Shown here piece after piece: positions 17,770 to 27,275 of a stretch of DNA of 64,000 nucleotides (position 1 is its first letter; the number at the start of each line of letters is the position of its first letter). The stretch lies in contig OZ243913.1 in the NCBI GenBank assembly GCA_965213705.1, positions 1,984,001 through 2,048,000 on the forward strand, read 5' to 3'. The DNA is from Trueperaceae bacterium (GTDB taxonomy: Bacteria; Deinococcota; Deinococci; Deinococcales; Trueperaceae). The translations under genes were made by a program, and so were the position numbers. The notes below the pieces were generated by a model. It made no database searches. It was not told the DNA's origin and saw only the letters and a program-made list of their open reading frames with translations.

Positions 17770-17958
17770 CTAGTGAGATGGCTGCTCGAGGTCCGACGGT
17801 TTGTGCTCTTCATCGTCTTCCCCGCGCATCTCGCGCACCCATTCGATAACCTTTTGTTCGCTCTCAAAAGCGGGCAAAGCCCCAACCCACTTTTCGAAAG
17901 AGTTTTTGTCTTTGACGGGCTGCATTCCTAAGGATACATCTTCTTTGCACCTGTTCAA
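17770..17958 (-). pseudogene. Small ORF resembling the C-terminal half of an AbrB/VapB-type antitoxin
   Basis: SFEKWVGALPAF...EWVREMRGEDDE; no DNA-binding N-terminus and no toxin gene next to it. Confidence 0.35.
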
Positions 17959-19625
17959 ACGCTTTCCGGCACCGGCGTTGAGACGTTTCCCTCCGCCTCG
18001 ACGCCCACGTCCTGCACGCCGAAGTCCTCGGCAATCACGCGCGCGGTCATCTTCGCCGACATCATCACCGACGGCGTGCCCGCGCCGGGCTGGGTGCTCG
18101 CGCCGACGAGGTAAAGGTTGGACACGTCCTCGCTCCGGTTGTGCGGCCGGAAAAACGCCGACTGCACCAGCACCGGCTCAACCCCAAAGGCGTTGCCGAG
18201 GTGGCTGCCGAGCGTGTGCTCGAAATAGTCGGGCGTGATGAAGCGCTTAAAGACCAGGCGCTCACGCAGTTCGGGGATGTAGCCGCGCGTCTCGAGAAAG
18301 TCCAGCACCTTGTCGGTGAAGGGTTCACCCAAAAGGTCCCAGTCGAGCCGGCTCCCCTGGTGCGGCACCGGGACGAGCGTGTAAGCGGCGTGGTGACCGG
18401 GTGGGGCCAAGCTCGGGTCGGTCAGCGTCGGCAGGTGCAGGTACTGCGAAAAGTCCTTGGCGAGGGTTTTGGTGCCGAAGATGTCCTGCAGCAAACCCTC
18501 GTAGCGGGGTCCTAAGATGATGTTGTGGTGGCGCAAGTCCAGGTCCAGGCCGTCGCTGCGAAAACCGAAGTAGATGACGACGAGTGACATCGACTGCCTG
18601 GCGAGCTTGACCCGCACGTCCGAGTTGATGGGGCGATATTTAGGCTCGACGAGCTTGAGGTAGGTGTTGGCGTAGTCGCCGTTGGAGGCGACCACGTCGG
18701 CGCGAAGAGACTCGCCGCTCGCCAGGGTGACGCCCGTCGCCCGCTTTTTGCCGAAGCGCGCGCCCTCGACTTCGATGCGGGCTACCTCGCTCTCAAAGCG
18801 AATCGTCCCGCCGAGTTCCTCGAACTTCTTGACCAGCGCCGCGACCAGCGCGCCCGTGCCGCCCATCACGTAGTGAATGCCCCAGGTTTTTTCGACAAAG
18901 TGAATCATCGCGTAAATCGCCGGGACTTTCAGCGGGTTGCCGCCGACGAGAAGGGTTTCGAAGCTGAACACCTGCTGAAGTTTGGGGCTCTTGAAATACT
19001 TTTTGGTAAACGAGAACAGCGTGCGTACCGCGTCGAGTTTGAGGAGGTCGGGCAGCACGCGGAGCATCGAGGCCACGTCGCCGAAGTAGGTGTAGCCCAG
19101 CTCGAGAAAGCCCCGTTCGAAAATCGCTCGAGCGTCCGCGTGAAACCGTTCATACCCGGCCAAGTCGGCGGGCTCGATGGCCGCAACCTGCGCCCGCGTG
19201 CCTTCGGGGTCGCCGTCGTAGTCGAAATACGTGCCGTCGTCGAAATAAATTCGGTAAAAGGGCAAAATCGGCACGATGTCCACGTATTCAGAGGTGCGCG
19301 GCCCGCCACTGATGCCTTCGGTGACGCGTTCCTGCTTCAAGACGGCCGCGGGAAAGTCGGGCTCTTCAAGGTTCGCCGCGCCGCGCTCCAGCGCGAACAG
19401 TTCTTCGATAAAGTGGGGCACGGTGATGACGGTCGGCCCCATGTCGAAGGTGAAACCGTTCGCGCGCAGCACGGCCGCGCGCCCGCCGGGGCCGCTCATC
19501 TTCTCAACGACGGTCGTTTGAAACCCCAAGCTCTGTAAGCGTAAACCCAGGGCCAGCCCGCCGAAGCCCGACCCGATGACGACGGCTTGGCGGGCCTGTC
19601 TTTGGTCCTGCTGTTCGTTCTGCAC
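17955..19625 (-). CDS. crtI: Phytoene desaturase
   Basis: [12 protein letters not shown] motif, [19 protein letters not shown]...[24 protein letters not shown]. Confidence 0.9.
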   Translation of the reverse strand: MQNEQQDQRQARQAVVIGSGFGGLALGLRLQSLGFQTTVVEKMSGPGGRAAVLRANGFTFDMGPTVITVPHFIEELFALERGAANLEEPDFPAAVLKQERVTEGISGGPRTSEYVDIVPILPFYRIYFDDGTYFDYDGDPEGTRAQVAAIEPADLAGYERFHADARAIFERGFLELGYTYFGDVASMLRVLPDLLKLDAVRTLFSFTKKYFKSPKLQQVFSFETLLVGGNPLKVPAIYAMIHFVEKTWGIHYVMGGTGALVAALVKKFEELGGTIRFESEVARIEVEGARFGKKRATGVTLASGESLRADVVASNGDYANTYLKLVEPKYRPINSDVRVKLARQSMSLVVIYFGFRSDGLDLDLRHHNIILGPRYEGLLQDIFGTKTLAKDFSQYLHLPTLTDPSLAPPGHHAAYTLVPVPHQGSRLDWDLLGEPFTDKVLDFLETRGYIPELRERLVFKRFITPDYFEHTLGSHLGNAFGVEPVLVQSAFFRPHNRSEDVSNLYLVGASTQPGAGTPSVMMSAKMTARVIAEDFGVQDVGVEAEGNVSTPVPESV

Positions 19626-19679
19626 AGTTTATTATCCCAGGCGGGGCCGGGCGGGCTGTGTAGTGTGCGTGGGGTTTAG

Positions 19680-19964
19680 CTAGCGGCGCGTGTCGCTGAT
19701 GAGTTGCTCGAGCGCCTTTTCGTCCTCGCCCCACAGGTGGACGTACGTGTCGCCCGCCCGAACCGTGATGCGTTCCGAGTTGTGGTGCTCGCGCACGCAC
19801 TCGGTATAGATGTCGGCGTCTTTCCCACCGACCTTGGCCTTGACGCTGCGGAAGCTGGGCCGGTTGTTCAGCACCGACGCGGCCATCGTCTGCAACTTGA
19901 AAGCGTCGTTGCGGTCGATGGTGGCGGTAAGGGTAGCGGTGGTCGAACCAAAAACAATGTCCAT
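19680..19964 (-). CDS. Hypothetical protein
   Basis: GAGG SD, host-like codon usage, AT-rich promoter upstream. Confidence 0.65.
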   Translation of the reverse strand: MDIVFGSTTATLTATIDRNDAFKLQTMAASVLNNRPSFRSVKAKVGGKDADIYTECVREHHNSERITVRAGDTYVHLWGEDEKALEQLISDTRR

Positions 19965-20225
19965 AAAAGCCTCGGTACTCGTAAAAATTCGGTCGTCTCA
20001 CGACCAAGCTTTATTCTAATACATAGCTGTATAGTTTGTATATGCAGAAATCACATAACTGTATGCAAGTTGGAAATCTCTCTGTTTTTGCTTCGTCTCA
20101 AGCCGGGCAGTCGTCCGCAGTTCGGGGCGGCGTGTCCAACCGTCTGTACAAGATTCCAAAGCACTTTTCTCGAGCTTTTGTCTCGGCTTGCTCGTTCCCG
20201 GTGAGCTTAGGGCTAAACTGACGGT

Positions 20226-20645
20226 ATGAAATCCGTCGCCCTGATAGCTCATGACAAGAAAAAGCTCGACCTGGCGCTGTTCGCGCGTGACAACAGCGCG
20301 GTGCTCAGCCGCTTCGCCCTGGTGGCGACCAGCACGACGGGCAGTGTGTTGGTCGACAAGGCCAAGCTGCAGGTCGAACGCTTGAAGTCCGGCCCCGAAG
20401 GCGGCGACTTACAGGTCGGCGCGCGCGTCGCCGAGGACAAGGTTTTGGCCGTCATCTTTTTTCGCGACCCGCTGACCGCCCAGCCCCACGAGCCCGACGT
20501 GTCCGCCCTGATGCGCATTTGCGACGTTCATAACGTCCCCCTGGCGACGAACTTGGGCACCGCCGAGGCGATTTTGGCTTGGCTGGAAGAGCAGCTCGAG
20601 CACCATACGTTAGAGCACCACACAGAGGTGAGCCGTGACAGATAA
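20226..20645 (+). CDS. mgsA: Methylglyoxal synthase
   Basis: ALIAHDKKK, SGPEGGDLQVGA, FFRDPLTAQPHEPDVSALMRICDVHNVPLATN. Confidence 0.96.
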   Translation: MKSVALIAHDKKKLDLALFARDNSAVLSRFALVATSTTGSVLVDKAKLQVERLKSGPEGGDLQVGARVAEDKVLAVIFFRDPLTAQPHEPDVSALMRICDVHNVPLATNLGTAEAILAWLEEQLEHHTLEHHTEVSRDR

Positions 20646-20889
20646 AAACGCCATCGCCGCTTTCATCCAGGAAATGTTTGAACGCCACAGCGGTGAAGTG
20701 GACGGCATCGACCTGCCCGCGGGCACGCGCGACTACGTCGCCGAGCGCGCCGAAGCGGGCGACCTCGACACGCTGATGTTCATGCTCAAGCTGGGTTACC
20801 TAATGGGTTTGCAAACCGGCTTCGCCGCCCGGCAAGCCGAGGACGCAAAGCCGCCGTCGGGTGGCTCTTGGGGTCCGCTCGAGGCGTGA
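20635..20889 (+). CDS. DdrH-like small protein
   Basis: LP.G...Y......GD.D.L.FMLKLGY..G.Q.GFAA resembles Deinococcus DdrH (from memory). Confidence 0.55.
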   Translation: MTDKNAIAAFIQEMFERHSGEVDGIDLPAGTRDYVAERAEAGDLDTLMFMLKLGYLMGLQTGFAARQAEDAKPPSGGSWGPLEA

Positions 20890-21064
20890 AGCGCTAAAAG
20901 GGGAGACGCCCACCAGGTCTTTCGAACCGAGCAACTCGCTTCGGTTTGTAACGAATAACAGAAACCAAAAAGCTGTGTATCCGCCGACTGCTGCCGGCTC
21001 TTTCACTTGACCCTAAAGCAAACAGGGTTTGACCTTGCCTCCCCTTTGCGGGGCGGGGTCTGTT

Positions 21065-21535
21065 TCAACTCGCCAACAGGTAAACCGCCGGGCGCTCGAA
21101 AGTAAGCTCGAGGCTGGTCTTGCCCCCGCTGCGGCGCTCGGTCACGCCGCTCAGGCGCACGTCCGGGCCGTGCAGGGTGCGCATCGTCTCGATGACGTCT
21201 TCCAGACTCGCGTTCATGGTGGCTTCGCGCTTGCCGTCCAGGTGAATGAGTTTCTCCATCACGTTGGCCGGGCTGACGCCGTAGCTCTTGTTGAGGACGT
21301 AGCGCGCTTCCTCGGCGCTCTGAATCGCCTCGTCGAGCGATTTGTGGACGAGCATAAAGGTGATGACGCGCGCCCGCTGGGCGGGGGTCATGTACTTGGC
21401 CGAGCGCGAGCCGGTCAAGCGGTGAAGAAGCTCGCGGTAGTCGTCGCCGGAGAGCCCCAACTTGTCCCGCAGGGCGTGGATGGTCTGGAGCTGTTCGATG
21501 TAGGTGTCGCGGTCTAGTACAGTCACGTTTTCCAT
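21065..21535 (-). CDS. Protein with N-terminal GemA/DUF1018 (phage Mu gp16-like) motif
   Basis: IHALRDKLGLSGDDYRELLHRLTGSRSAKYMTPAQRARVI. Confidence 0.7.
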   Translation of the reverse strand: MENVTVLDRDTYIEQLQTIHALRDKLGLSGDDYRELLHRLTGSRSAKYMTPAQRARVITFMLVHKSLDEAIQSAEEARYVLNKSYGVSPANVMEKLIHLDGKREATMNASLEDVIETMRTLHGPDVRLSGVTERRSGGKTSLELTFERPAVYLLAS

Positions 21536-21571
21536 ACCTTAAATTATAAGGTATGAACGTGTCTTTGTCCA
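21533..21571 (-). promoter_or_regulatory. Leaderless sigma-70 promoter TGGACA-N17-TATAAT with an operator palindrome covering the -10 box and ATG
   Basis: -35 at 21566-21571, -10 at 21543-21548; CATACCTTA-N5-TAAGGTATG at 21533-21555. Confidence 0.75.
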
Positions 21572-21615
21572 GTGCTGGACGGGTCAAACGACAGGTCTCG
21601 TTTGCGGTTTCGGGC

Positions 21616-21648
21616 GGCTGTAACACGGCTGCGACACGGTGGCAACAC
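21616..21648. repeat. Three 11-bp direct repeats
   Basis: GGCTGTAACAC GGCTGCGACAC GGTGGCAACAC. Confidence 0.7.
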
Positions 21649-21758
21649 GGGATTGAAAATCCTCCGGAAGCGGGTTTTTGCAAACCTCTTTATTCTAGTG
21701 GCCGCTAACCGTGTAGCCGAAACTGCGTCTTTGTCGGGTGAGCAAGTAGAATACGTCT

Positions 21759-24700
21759 ATGCCGAAACCCCCTACCGAAAGCCCCTGGCGAGCCGTGTTC
21801 GAAAGCTTGCGTGCGCTGGTAGGCAACCGCCGTGACGAGCACGGCGCGCTGGGCAGCATCAACTGGTTGCGGGTTCGGATGAGTGAGCGTGGGGCCAACC
21901 CCAACGTGGTACGCAACATCATCTACCGTGACAAAGGGAAGCTGGCGGACAAGAGGGCGCTGTTCGACATCGTCACGACGTTGTGGGCGCTCTACAGCGA
22001 CGCGCCCCTGCAAGCGCCCGAGCTTGAAGCGCTGCTCGCGACCGACGGCGGGGCCGAGCAAGACGCGCAGCTTTTGGGCGGTGAAAAGCGCCGCGCGTAC
22101 AGCGCTTTTGTGAGCGGGGTGCGTGCGGGTCAAAGCCCCAAGGTTCTCGTTACCGGTCGTCCCGGCTCGGGTAAAACGCTGCTGCTCGACCACGTGCAGC
22201 AGGCCCTCGAGCTGCCCCCCCGAACGGCCAAAACAGTCCGTTTGGAGTTCGGTGCCGACTTGAGTGCCGGGCTGACGCGGTTGGCGGTCGCCCTGGGGAC
22301 GCCGCGTGAGGTCGCCGAAGCGAAACTCGTCAAGGCCGCGGCGCAAAGTGCCTTTGCGGTGCAAGCGGACGCGCAAGCCGAGGTGGCGCGCAGCCTGCTG
22401 GAGGCCGCGCGCGCTCACAAAGGGCCGCTCGTGTTGTTGGTTCACCTCTCGCAAGCCCTGGCGGAACAGCGCAGCTTGGGCGCGGTCGACCTGCGCCTCA
22501 ACACGCCGGACGTGCCCCGGGTAAGCGCGGCCGAGTGGTTGTGGCTCGGGGTGCTCGAGCCCTTGAGTCGTCTGGGGAACCTGAGCCTGCTGGTAAGCGC
22601 GGCGACCCTGCCGCTACGCGCGGCGCAAGCCGTGGGCGGCTTCGAGGAGCCGGTCAAACTCAAGCCGCCCACGGCAGCCGAGGCGCGCCGCTTTGTGCGC
22701 GCCCGCCTGCCCCAGTTGGACGACGTCCAGCAAGAGGCCGTCGTACAGCGCTCCGGGCGCTCGTTCGAGGAACTGCGTACCCTGACGTTACTCGCCACCT
22801 TGCGCGAGCCTGGGCTGGCGCGTTCGAACAAATCCGAGTCCGGCGATTCTCAAAGCGCAGGGTTTCAATCCATTGTGTTTCAAGACGGTCGCTCAGAACA
22901 CGACCCTCGACATGGCGGCCCCGAACACAGCCATCCCGAACACGGTGATGTTGAATACGGTTTCAACCACAGCGATTCCGAACCTACAGCGCAGCTCGGC
23001 CGTCTGCTCGACACGGCGGGTGACGCCCGCCTGCGCGACTTTTTGTGCGCCCTGGCGGTCGTGTCCCTGCCGGACTTTCCGGCCTTCAGCGAACAGGCGC
23101 TGAACACGGTTCGGGACGGTACTCAGGCGCGCTTGAGCGGTCTGGAAGTCGCGTTTCTGGACCCGGTGCCGGGACGAGAAGACGTGTACCGACCCTTCTC
23201 ACGTCAGTTTGCGCGAGTCTTGCGGGGACGTTTCAAGGCGGGACAGGGTAAGGCCTACCGAACGTTTCACCGCAAAGCGGCCGCGTTTTACGAAACCGCG
23301 GCGCAAGACGACCCCGGCGGCGAAACGGCTGCGCGCTACCTTCATCATTTGTTTGAGGCGCGCGACTGGGACGCGCTTTACGGCTGGTCACAGACCTTGA
23401 GCGTTCCCCAAACGCTGTTGCACCGCCTGTGGGCCGCGGCCGCGGCCGAACTGCCGAGCGGTGAGGTTTTGGAGCGGCTGGCCGTCCAGGTCGCCATGCA
23501 CTATGTTCGCTTGGGCAGCTACAGCCATCCGGACGCCCTTCGCGCTTTTGAGATGCTGGACCGTTCCCGGCAGGATGATTTGCGCCTTTGGACCCTGCTC
23601 AAACGCGCCGAAGGTGCCGTTCTAAAGGGACAGATAGAGGTCGCCGAAACGCTGTTGCGGGGTTGGAGCGAAAGTGCCTCGCCTGGGTTGAAAGTCGAAC
23701 ACGGTTTGTTGACGGCGAGCTTGGCGCGCTGGCACAGCGACTTGCCCCGCGCCGCCGACATCGTTGCAGAGACCGTACGGCCCCTGCTGAGCGAGGTTCC
23801 CGACGACGCTTCGGGACGTCTCGTTCACGCCAAAGTAGCCGTGTGGGCAGGCCTCATCGCCAAGGACGACGGTGACTTGGAGGGCGCTTTGCGAGACTTT
23901 GGCAGCGTTACCTCGGCGGACGACCTCGTCAGCGCCCGCGTCGCTTTTCAGCGGGGTGACGTGCTGCTGCACCTCGGCCGTTTCGACGCCGCCTTAGCAG
24001 CGCTCGACGAAGCGGTCACGCGCGCCCGGCGCAGCGAGGCGCTCGCGCAAGAACAAAGCCGCTACCTGGCGCGGCGCGGCAGTGTGCAGCGTTTGCGGGG
24101 TCAGTGGGCGGCGGCCGCCACGGACTTTGAGCTGGCGCTGAGCGGTTTGGCGGTTTGGGCGGACGACGGGCTCGAGCAGGCTTTTTGGCGGGCCAAGGTC
24201 GAAGACGAGCGCGCGCTGCTGTTGCTGGCGCAAGGAGATTTCGGCGCGGCCGTCGTGCGACTCAAACGCAACCGTGAGGTTTTTTCGAGGTACGAGGTCA
24301 GTTACCGCGTCGACGCCGGTTACCGCATCCTGCGAAGCGGTCTGCGCTTGGCATTGGCTTACGGTTTGCGCGGGTTGGGGCAGCCTTACCGCTTGCCGTT
24401 CGCTCGCGCCGCCGGCTCGGTCGAGAACGCCGACCTGCGCCACGCGCGGCGGCTCGTGCGAGACGTCGGCGCGGCGGTCGAAGCGCGGGCCGCTCACCGC
24501 GCTGCCTACGAAACCTTGCAACGCGAAACCCTACTTGTCGGCAGTCTGCTGGCCGCGTCGCCGAACGAGGCGGCAACCTTAGCGAAGCGCGCCGCCGCGG
24601 CGGCGCGTTTCGCTTACCAACAAGCGCAGGCTTGCGTTTATTTGGCTACCGCCGAACTGCGCGCGAACGAGCCCGAAGCGGCCCTTACAACCGCGCGGCG

Positions 24701-25058
24701 CGGTCTGGCAGCGCTCACCGAGGCAAACCGTCGCGGCGAGCCGGGAGAGCGCGGCGACTTGGGGCTGCGCGCTTGGCTGCAGGCCCTGGAACTACAAGCC
24801 CTCGTCGCTAAGGGGGATGTGGCCGCCGGGCTCGAGTACACGCTGACAAGCTTGCAAAGCCTGCAACAGGACTACCGGGAACCTTTGCTGCGCGCCTTGG
24901 GTGAAAGCCTGGAAATGGCCCTCGGCGACGAAGCCCGCCGCCACCCTGCCGTAACGCGTCTGTTTGGCGACGCGCTCAGCGACGAAACCTTGCGTCTTCC
25001 CGACGCTTTCGTCGCGTGTGCTGACACACTGAGCACCTTCGTTGTAACGGTGGCTTGA
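21759..25058 (+). CDS. Large putative HTH + P-loop NTPase (STAND-like) + TPR protein
   Basis: N-terminal GSINWL..M..RGANPNVVRNIIYRDKG; Walker A GRPGSGKT; long C-terminal TPR array; TAGAAT 6 nt before ATG. Confidence 0.8.
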   Translation: MPKPPTESPWRAVFESLRALVGNRRDEHGALGSINWLRVRMSERGANPNVVRNIIYRDKGKLADKRALFDIVTTLWALYSDAPLQAPELEALLATDGGAEQDAQLLGGEKRRAYSAFVSGVRAGQSPKVLVTGRPGSGKTLLLDHVQQALELPPRTAKTVRLEFGADLSAGLTRLAVALGTPREVAEAKLVKAAAQSAFAVQADAQAEVARSLLEAARAHKGPLVLLVHLSQALAEQRSLGAVDLRLNTPDVPRVSAAEWLWLGVLEPLSRLGNLSLLVSAATLPLRAAQAVGGFEEPVKLKPPTAAEARRFVRARLPQLDDVQQEAVVQRSGRSFEELRTLTLLATLREPGLARSNKSESGDSQSAGFQSIVFQDGRSEHDPRHGGPEHSHPEHGDVEYGFNHSDSEPTAQLGRLLDTAGDARLRDFLCALAVVSLPDFPAFSEQALNTVRDGTQARLSGLEVAFLDPVPGREDVYRPFSRQFARVLRGRFKAGQGKAYRTFHRKAAAFYETAAQDDPGGETAARYLHHLFEARDWDALYGWSQTLSVPQTLLHRLWAAAAAELPSGEVLERLAVQVAMHYVRLGSYSHPDALRAFEMLDRSRQDDLRLWTLLKRAEGAVLKGQIEVAETLLRGWSESASPGLKVEHGLLTASLARWHSDLPRAADIVAETVRPLLSEVPDDASGRLVHAKVAVWAGLIAKDDGDLEGALRDFGSVTSADDLVSARVAFQRGDVLLHLGRFDAALAALDEAVTRARRSEALAQEQSRYLARRGSVQRLRGQWAAAATDFELALSGLAVWADDGLEQAFWRAKVEDERALLLLAQGDFGAAVVRLKRNREVFSRYEVSYRVDAGYRILRSGLRLALAYGLRGLGQPYRLPFARAAGSVENADLRHARRLVRDVGAAVEARAAHRAAYETLQRETLLVGSLLAASPNEAATLAKRAAAAARFAYQQAQACVYLATAELRANEPEAALTTARRGLAALTEANRRGEPGERGDLGLRAWLQALELQALVAKGDVAAGLEYTLTSLQSLQQDYREPLLRALGESLEMALGDEARRHPAVTRLFGDALSDETLRLPDAFVACADTLSTFVVTVA

Positions 25059-25144
25059 GAGGCCTGAGTCCTTTTGTACCCCTTCAAGGTGACGGGTCGG
25101 CGTGGCCTGTGGCGGACAGCGACGCCCTTGGCGAAAAGCCGTCC

Positions 25145-26728
25145 TCAAATCCTTTCGTAGGCCGGCAGCGTCAAGAACGGCACGAACTCGTCGGTCAGCA
25201 CAAGGCCGTCCAAAATCTGCGCCGACTCTTCGAAGCGGCTCTCGCCGTACTCGTCCTGCAAACGTCTCAGTTCCTCGTTCCGAACCGTGCGGTACATCTC
25301 TTCGGTGACGGGGCGACCGCCGGACAGTTCGGCGTCGTTTTGCAGCCACTGCCACAGTTGGGCGCGAGAGATTTCAGCCGTGGCGGCGTCCTCCATCAGG
25401 TTGTAAATCGCCGCCGCGCCGTTGCCGTTCAGCCAGGCGTTTAGGTACTGAAGACCTACGTCCACGTTCATGCGTACGCCGTCCTCGGTAATGGAACTCT
25501 CGAAGTCGGTGTCGAGGAGGTCTTTTTGCGTGACGCGCAAGTCCTCGCGCAACTTGTCTTTCTGATGCGGCTTGTCGCCCAACACCTTGTCAAAGGCGTC
25601 TCGAGCCACTTTGACCAGGTCCGGGTGGGCAACCCAGGTGCCGTCGTAGCCTTGTTGGGCTTCGCGGGTTTTGTCCTCGAGCACCTTCGCAAAGGCTTTT
25701 TTGTTGACCTCCTCGTCGCGGCGACTCGGGATGAACGCGGCCATCCCGCCGATGGCGTGCGCGCCGCGGCGGTGGCAGGTTTTGACTAGCAGTTCGGCGT
25801 AAGCCTGCATAAACGGCACGGTCATGGTGATTTGGGCACGGTCGGGCAGGGTTTTGTCGGCGTGGTTGCGCAGCTTTTTGATGAAGTTGAAGATGTAGTC
25901 CCAGCGCCCAGCGTTCAGCCCGCTCATGTGGTCGCGGAGTTCGTACAAAATTTCGTCCATTTCGAACGCGGCCAAAAGCGTCTCGACGAGGACGGTCGCG
26001 CGCACCGAGCCCTGCGGGATGTTCAGCTCGCCTTGCGCCGTCACGAACACGTCGTTCCAGAGTCTGGCTTCCAAGTGCGACTCGAGCTTGGGCAGGTAAA
26101 AGTACGGTCCGCTGCCGTGCTCGAGCAAGTACGCCGCGTTGTGATACAGGTACAACGATGCGTCGAACAGACTTGCGCTCACCTGCTCACCGTCTACGAG
26201 CATGTTCTTCTCGACCAGATGCCAACCCCGCGGGCGCACCACGAGGGTGGCGGTGTCGTCGTTCAAGCTGTAGCTTTTGCCGCGCTCGCTGTCTTCCAAG
26301 CTGATGTTTTTCCGCACCGCGTCGCGCAGGTTGATTTGGCCCTGGACGACGTTTTGCCAGGTGGGGGAGAGAGAGTCTTCCAAGTCCGCCATAAAGACCT
26401 GCGCACCGGAGTTGAGGGCGTTGATCATCATCTTGCGGTCGACCGGGCCGGTGATTTCGGCGCGGCGGTCGCTCAAGTCGGCGGGCGTGGCGGCGACCGT
26501 CCAGTCGCTTTCACGGACTTCGCGGGTCTCCTCCAAAAAGTCCGGTAGCGCGCCCGCGTCGAAGTCTTTCTGACGTTCCTGGCGTTTGGCTAACAGCTCG
26601 AGCCGCCTCCCATTAAACGCGCGCTGCAGCTTGGCAACAAAGGCGAGCGCTTCGGGCGTGAGGATCTCTTCAAACGCGGGCGTGAGGTCGCCGGTAATTT
26701 CGACGTTTTCTACTGAAGGGCTGGGCAT
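25145..26728 (-). CDS. aceB: Malate synthase A
   Basis: [63 protein letters not shown]. Confidence 0.96.
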   Translation of the reverse strand: MPSPSVENVEITGDLTPAFEEILTPEALAFVAKLQRAFNGRRLELLAKRQERQKDFDAGALPDFLEETREVRESDWTVAATPADLSDRRAEITGPVDRKMMINALNSGAQVFMADLEDSLSPTWQNVVQGQINLRDAVRKNISLEDSERGKSYSLNDDTATLVVRPRGWHLVEKNMLVDGEQVSASLFDASLYLYHNAAYLLEHGSGPYFYLPKLESHLEARLWNDVFVTAQGELNIPQGSVRATVLVETLLAAFEMDEILYELRDHMSGLNAGRWDYIFNFIKKLRNHADKTLPDRAQITMTVPFMQAYAELLVKTCHRRGAHAIGGMAAFIPSRRDEEVNKKAFAKVLEDKTREAQQGYDGTWVAHPDLVKVARDAFDKVLGDKPHQKDKLREDLRVTQKDLLDTDFESSITEDGVRMNVDVGLQYLNAWLNGNGAAAIYNLMEDAATAEISRAQLWQWLQNDAELSGGRPVTEEMYRTVRNEELRRLQDEYGESRFEESAQILDGLVLTDEFVPFLTLPAYERI

Positions 26729-26798
26729 GGTGGAACCTCTTTCCGTGCGGGTCGTGGTTTAGCGTAGTTTCAGTTTAACGGTAGAGCAAGGAGAAAGG

Positions 26799-27275
26799 CT
26801 AAACCTTTTCGGTCCAGAAGTTTGCGTGGACAGCTCGAGCCTCGTCCTCTAAAAGCGGGCCGACAATCTCCACTTCGTACTGCCCGTGTTTGAAGACCTC
26901 GTGCGCAGGAAGGTTGAGGGTCGGGTTCTCGGGGTTGTCGCCGGTCAGTTTCAGCAGTTCGCTTTCGCGCAAACCGAAGACGACGCGCCGCACGTTGCCC
27001 CAGTAAATCGCGCCCGAGCACATCACGCAGGGTTCCGTGCTGGTGTAGAGAGTGCAAGTGCTCAGAAAATCCCGGTCGAACTGCTTGGAGGCGAGCCGCA
27101 TCAGGTTCGTCTCGGCGTGGCCGGTGCAGTCGCGTTCCGTCGTGACGGTGTTTTCGGCCTCCGCGACAATGTTGTTATCCGCGTCGACCAAAACAGCGCC
27201 GAACGGGTGGTTGCCGTGCGCGACGGCCTGACGCGCCAGGGAAAAGGCGCGGCGCAGGTGGGCTTCGTAGTTCAG
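26799..27275 (-). CDS. Nucleoside/guanine deaminase (cytidine deaminase superfamily), probable CTG start
   Basis: HAE and EPCVMC motifs; the conserved N-terminus (..A..HGNHPFGAVLV) extends 28 codons above the called TTG to a CTG overlapping the xdhC stop. Confidence 0.85.
   Translation of the reverse strand: MNYEAHLRRAFSLARQAVAHGNHPFGAVLVDADNNIVAEAENTVTTERDCTGHAETNLMRLASKQFDRDFLSTCTLYTSTEPCVMCSGAIYWGNVRRVVFGLRESELLKLTGDNPENPTLNLPAHEVFKHGQYEVEIVGPLLEDEARAVHANFWTEKV

Noticed and set aside
20019..20064. CarH/LitR operator for crtI
   Set aside because: The TATACA units are 9 nt apart rather than the 11-nt period expected; regulator left unassigned.
20945..20963. RDRM/DdrO radiation-response box near the DdrH-like gene
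   Set aside because: Only one half-site (TAACAGAA) matches, and it lies downstream of both flanking genes.
21065..21535. Prophage around the GemA-like gene
   Set aside because: No integrase, transposase, structural or lysis genes, and flanks have host-like composition.
21759..25058. Avs-type antiviral STAND call
   Set aside because: No recognisable nuclease, TIR, SIR2 or protease effector; the N-terminus looks HTH-like and composition is native, so a regulatory role is at least as likely.
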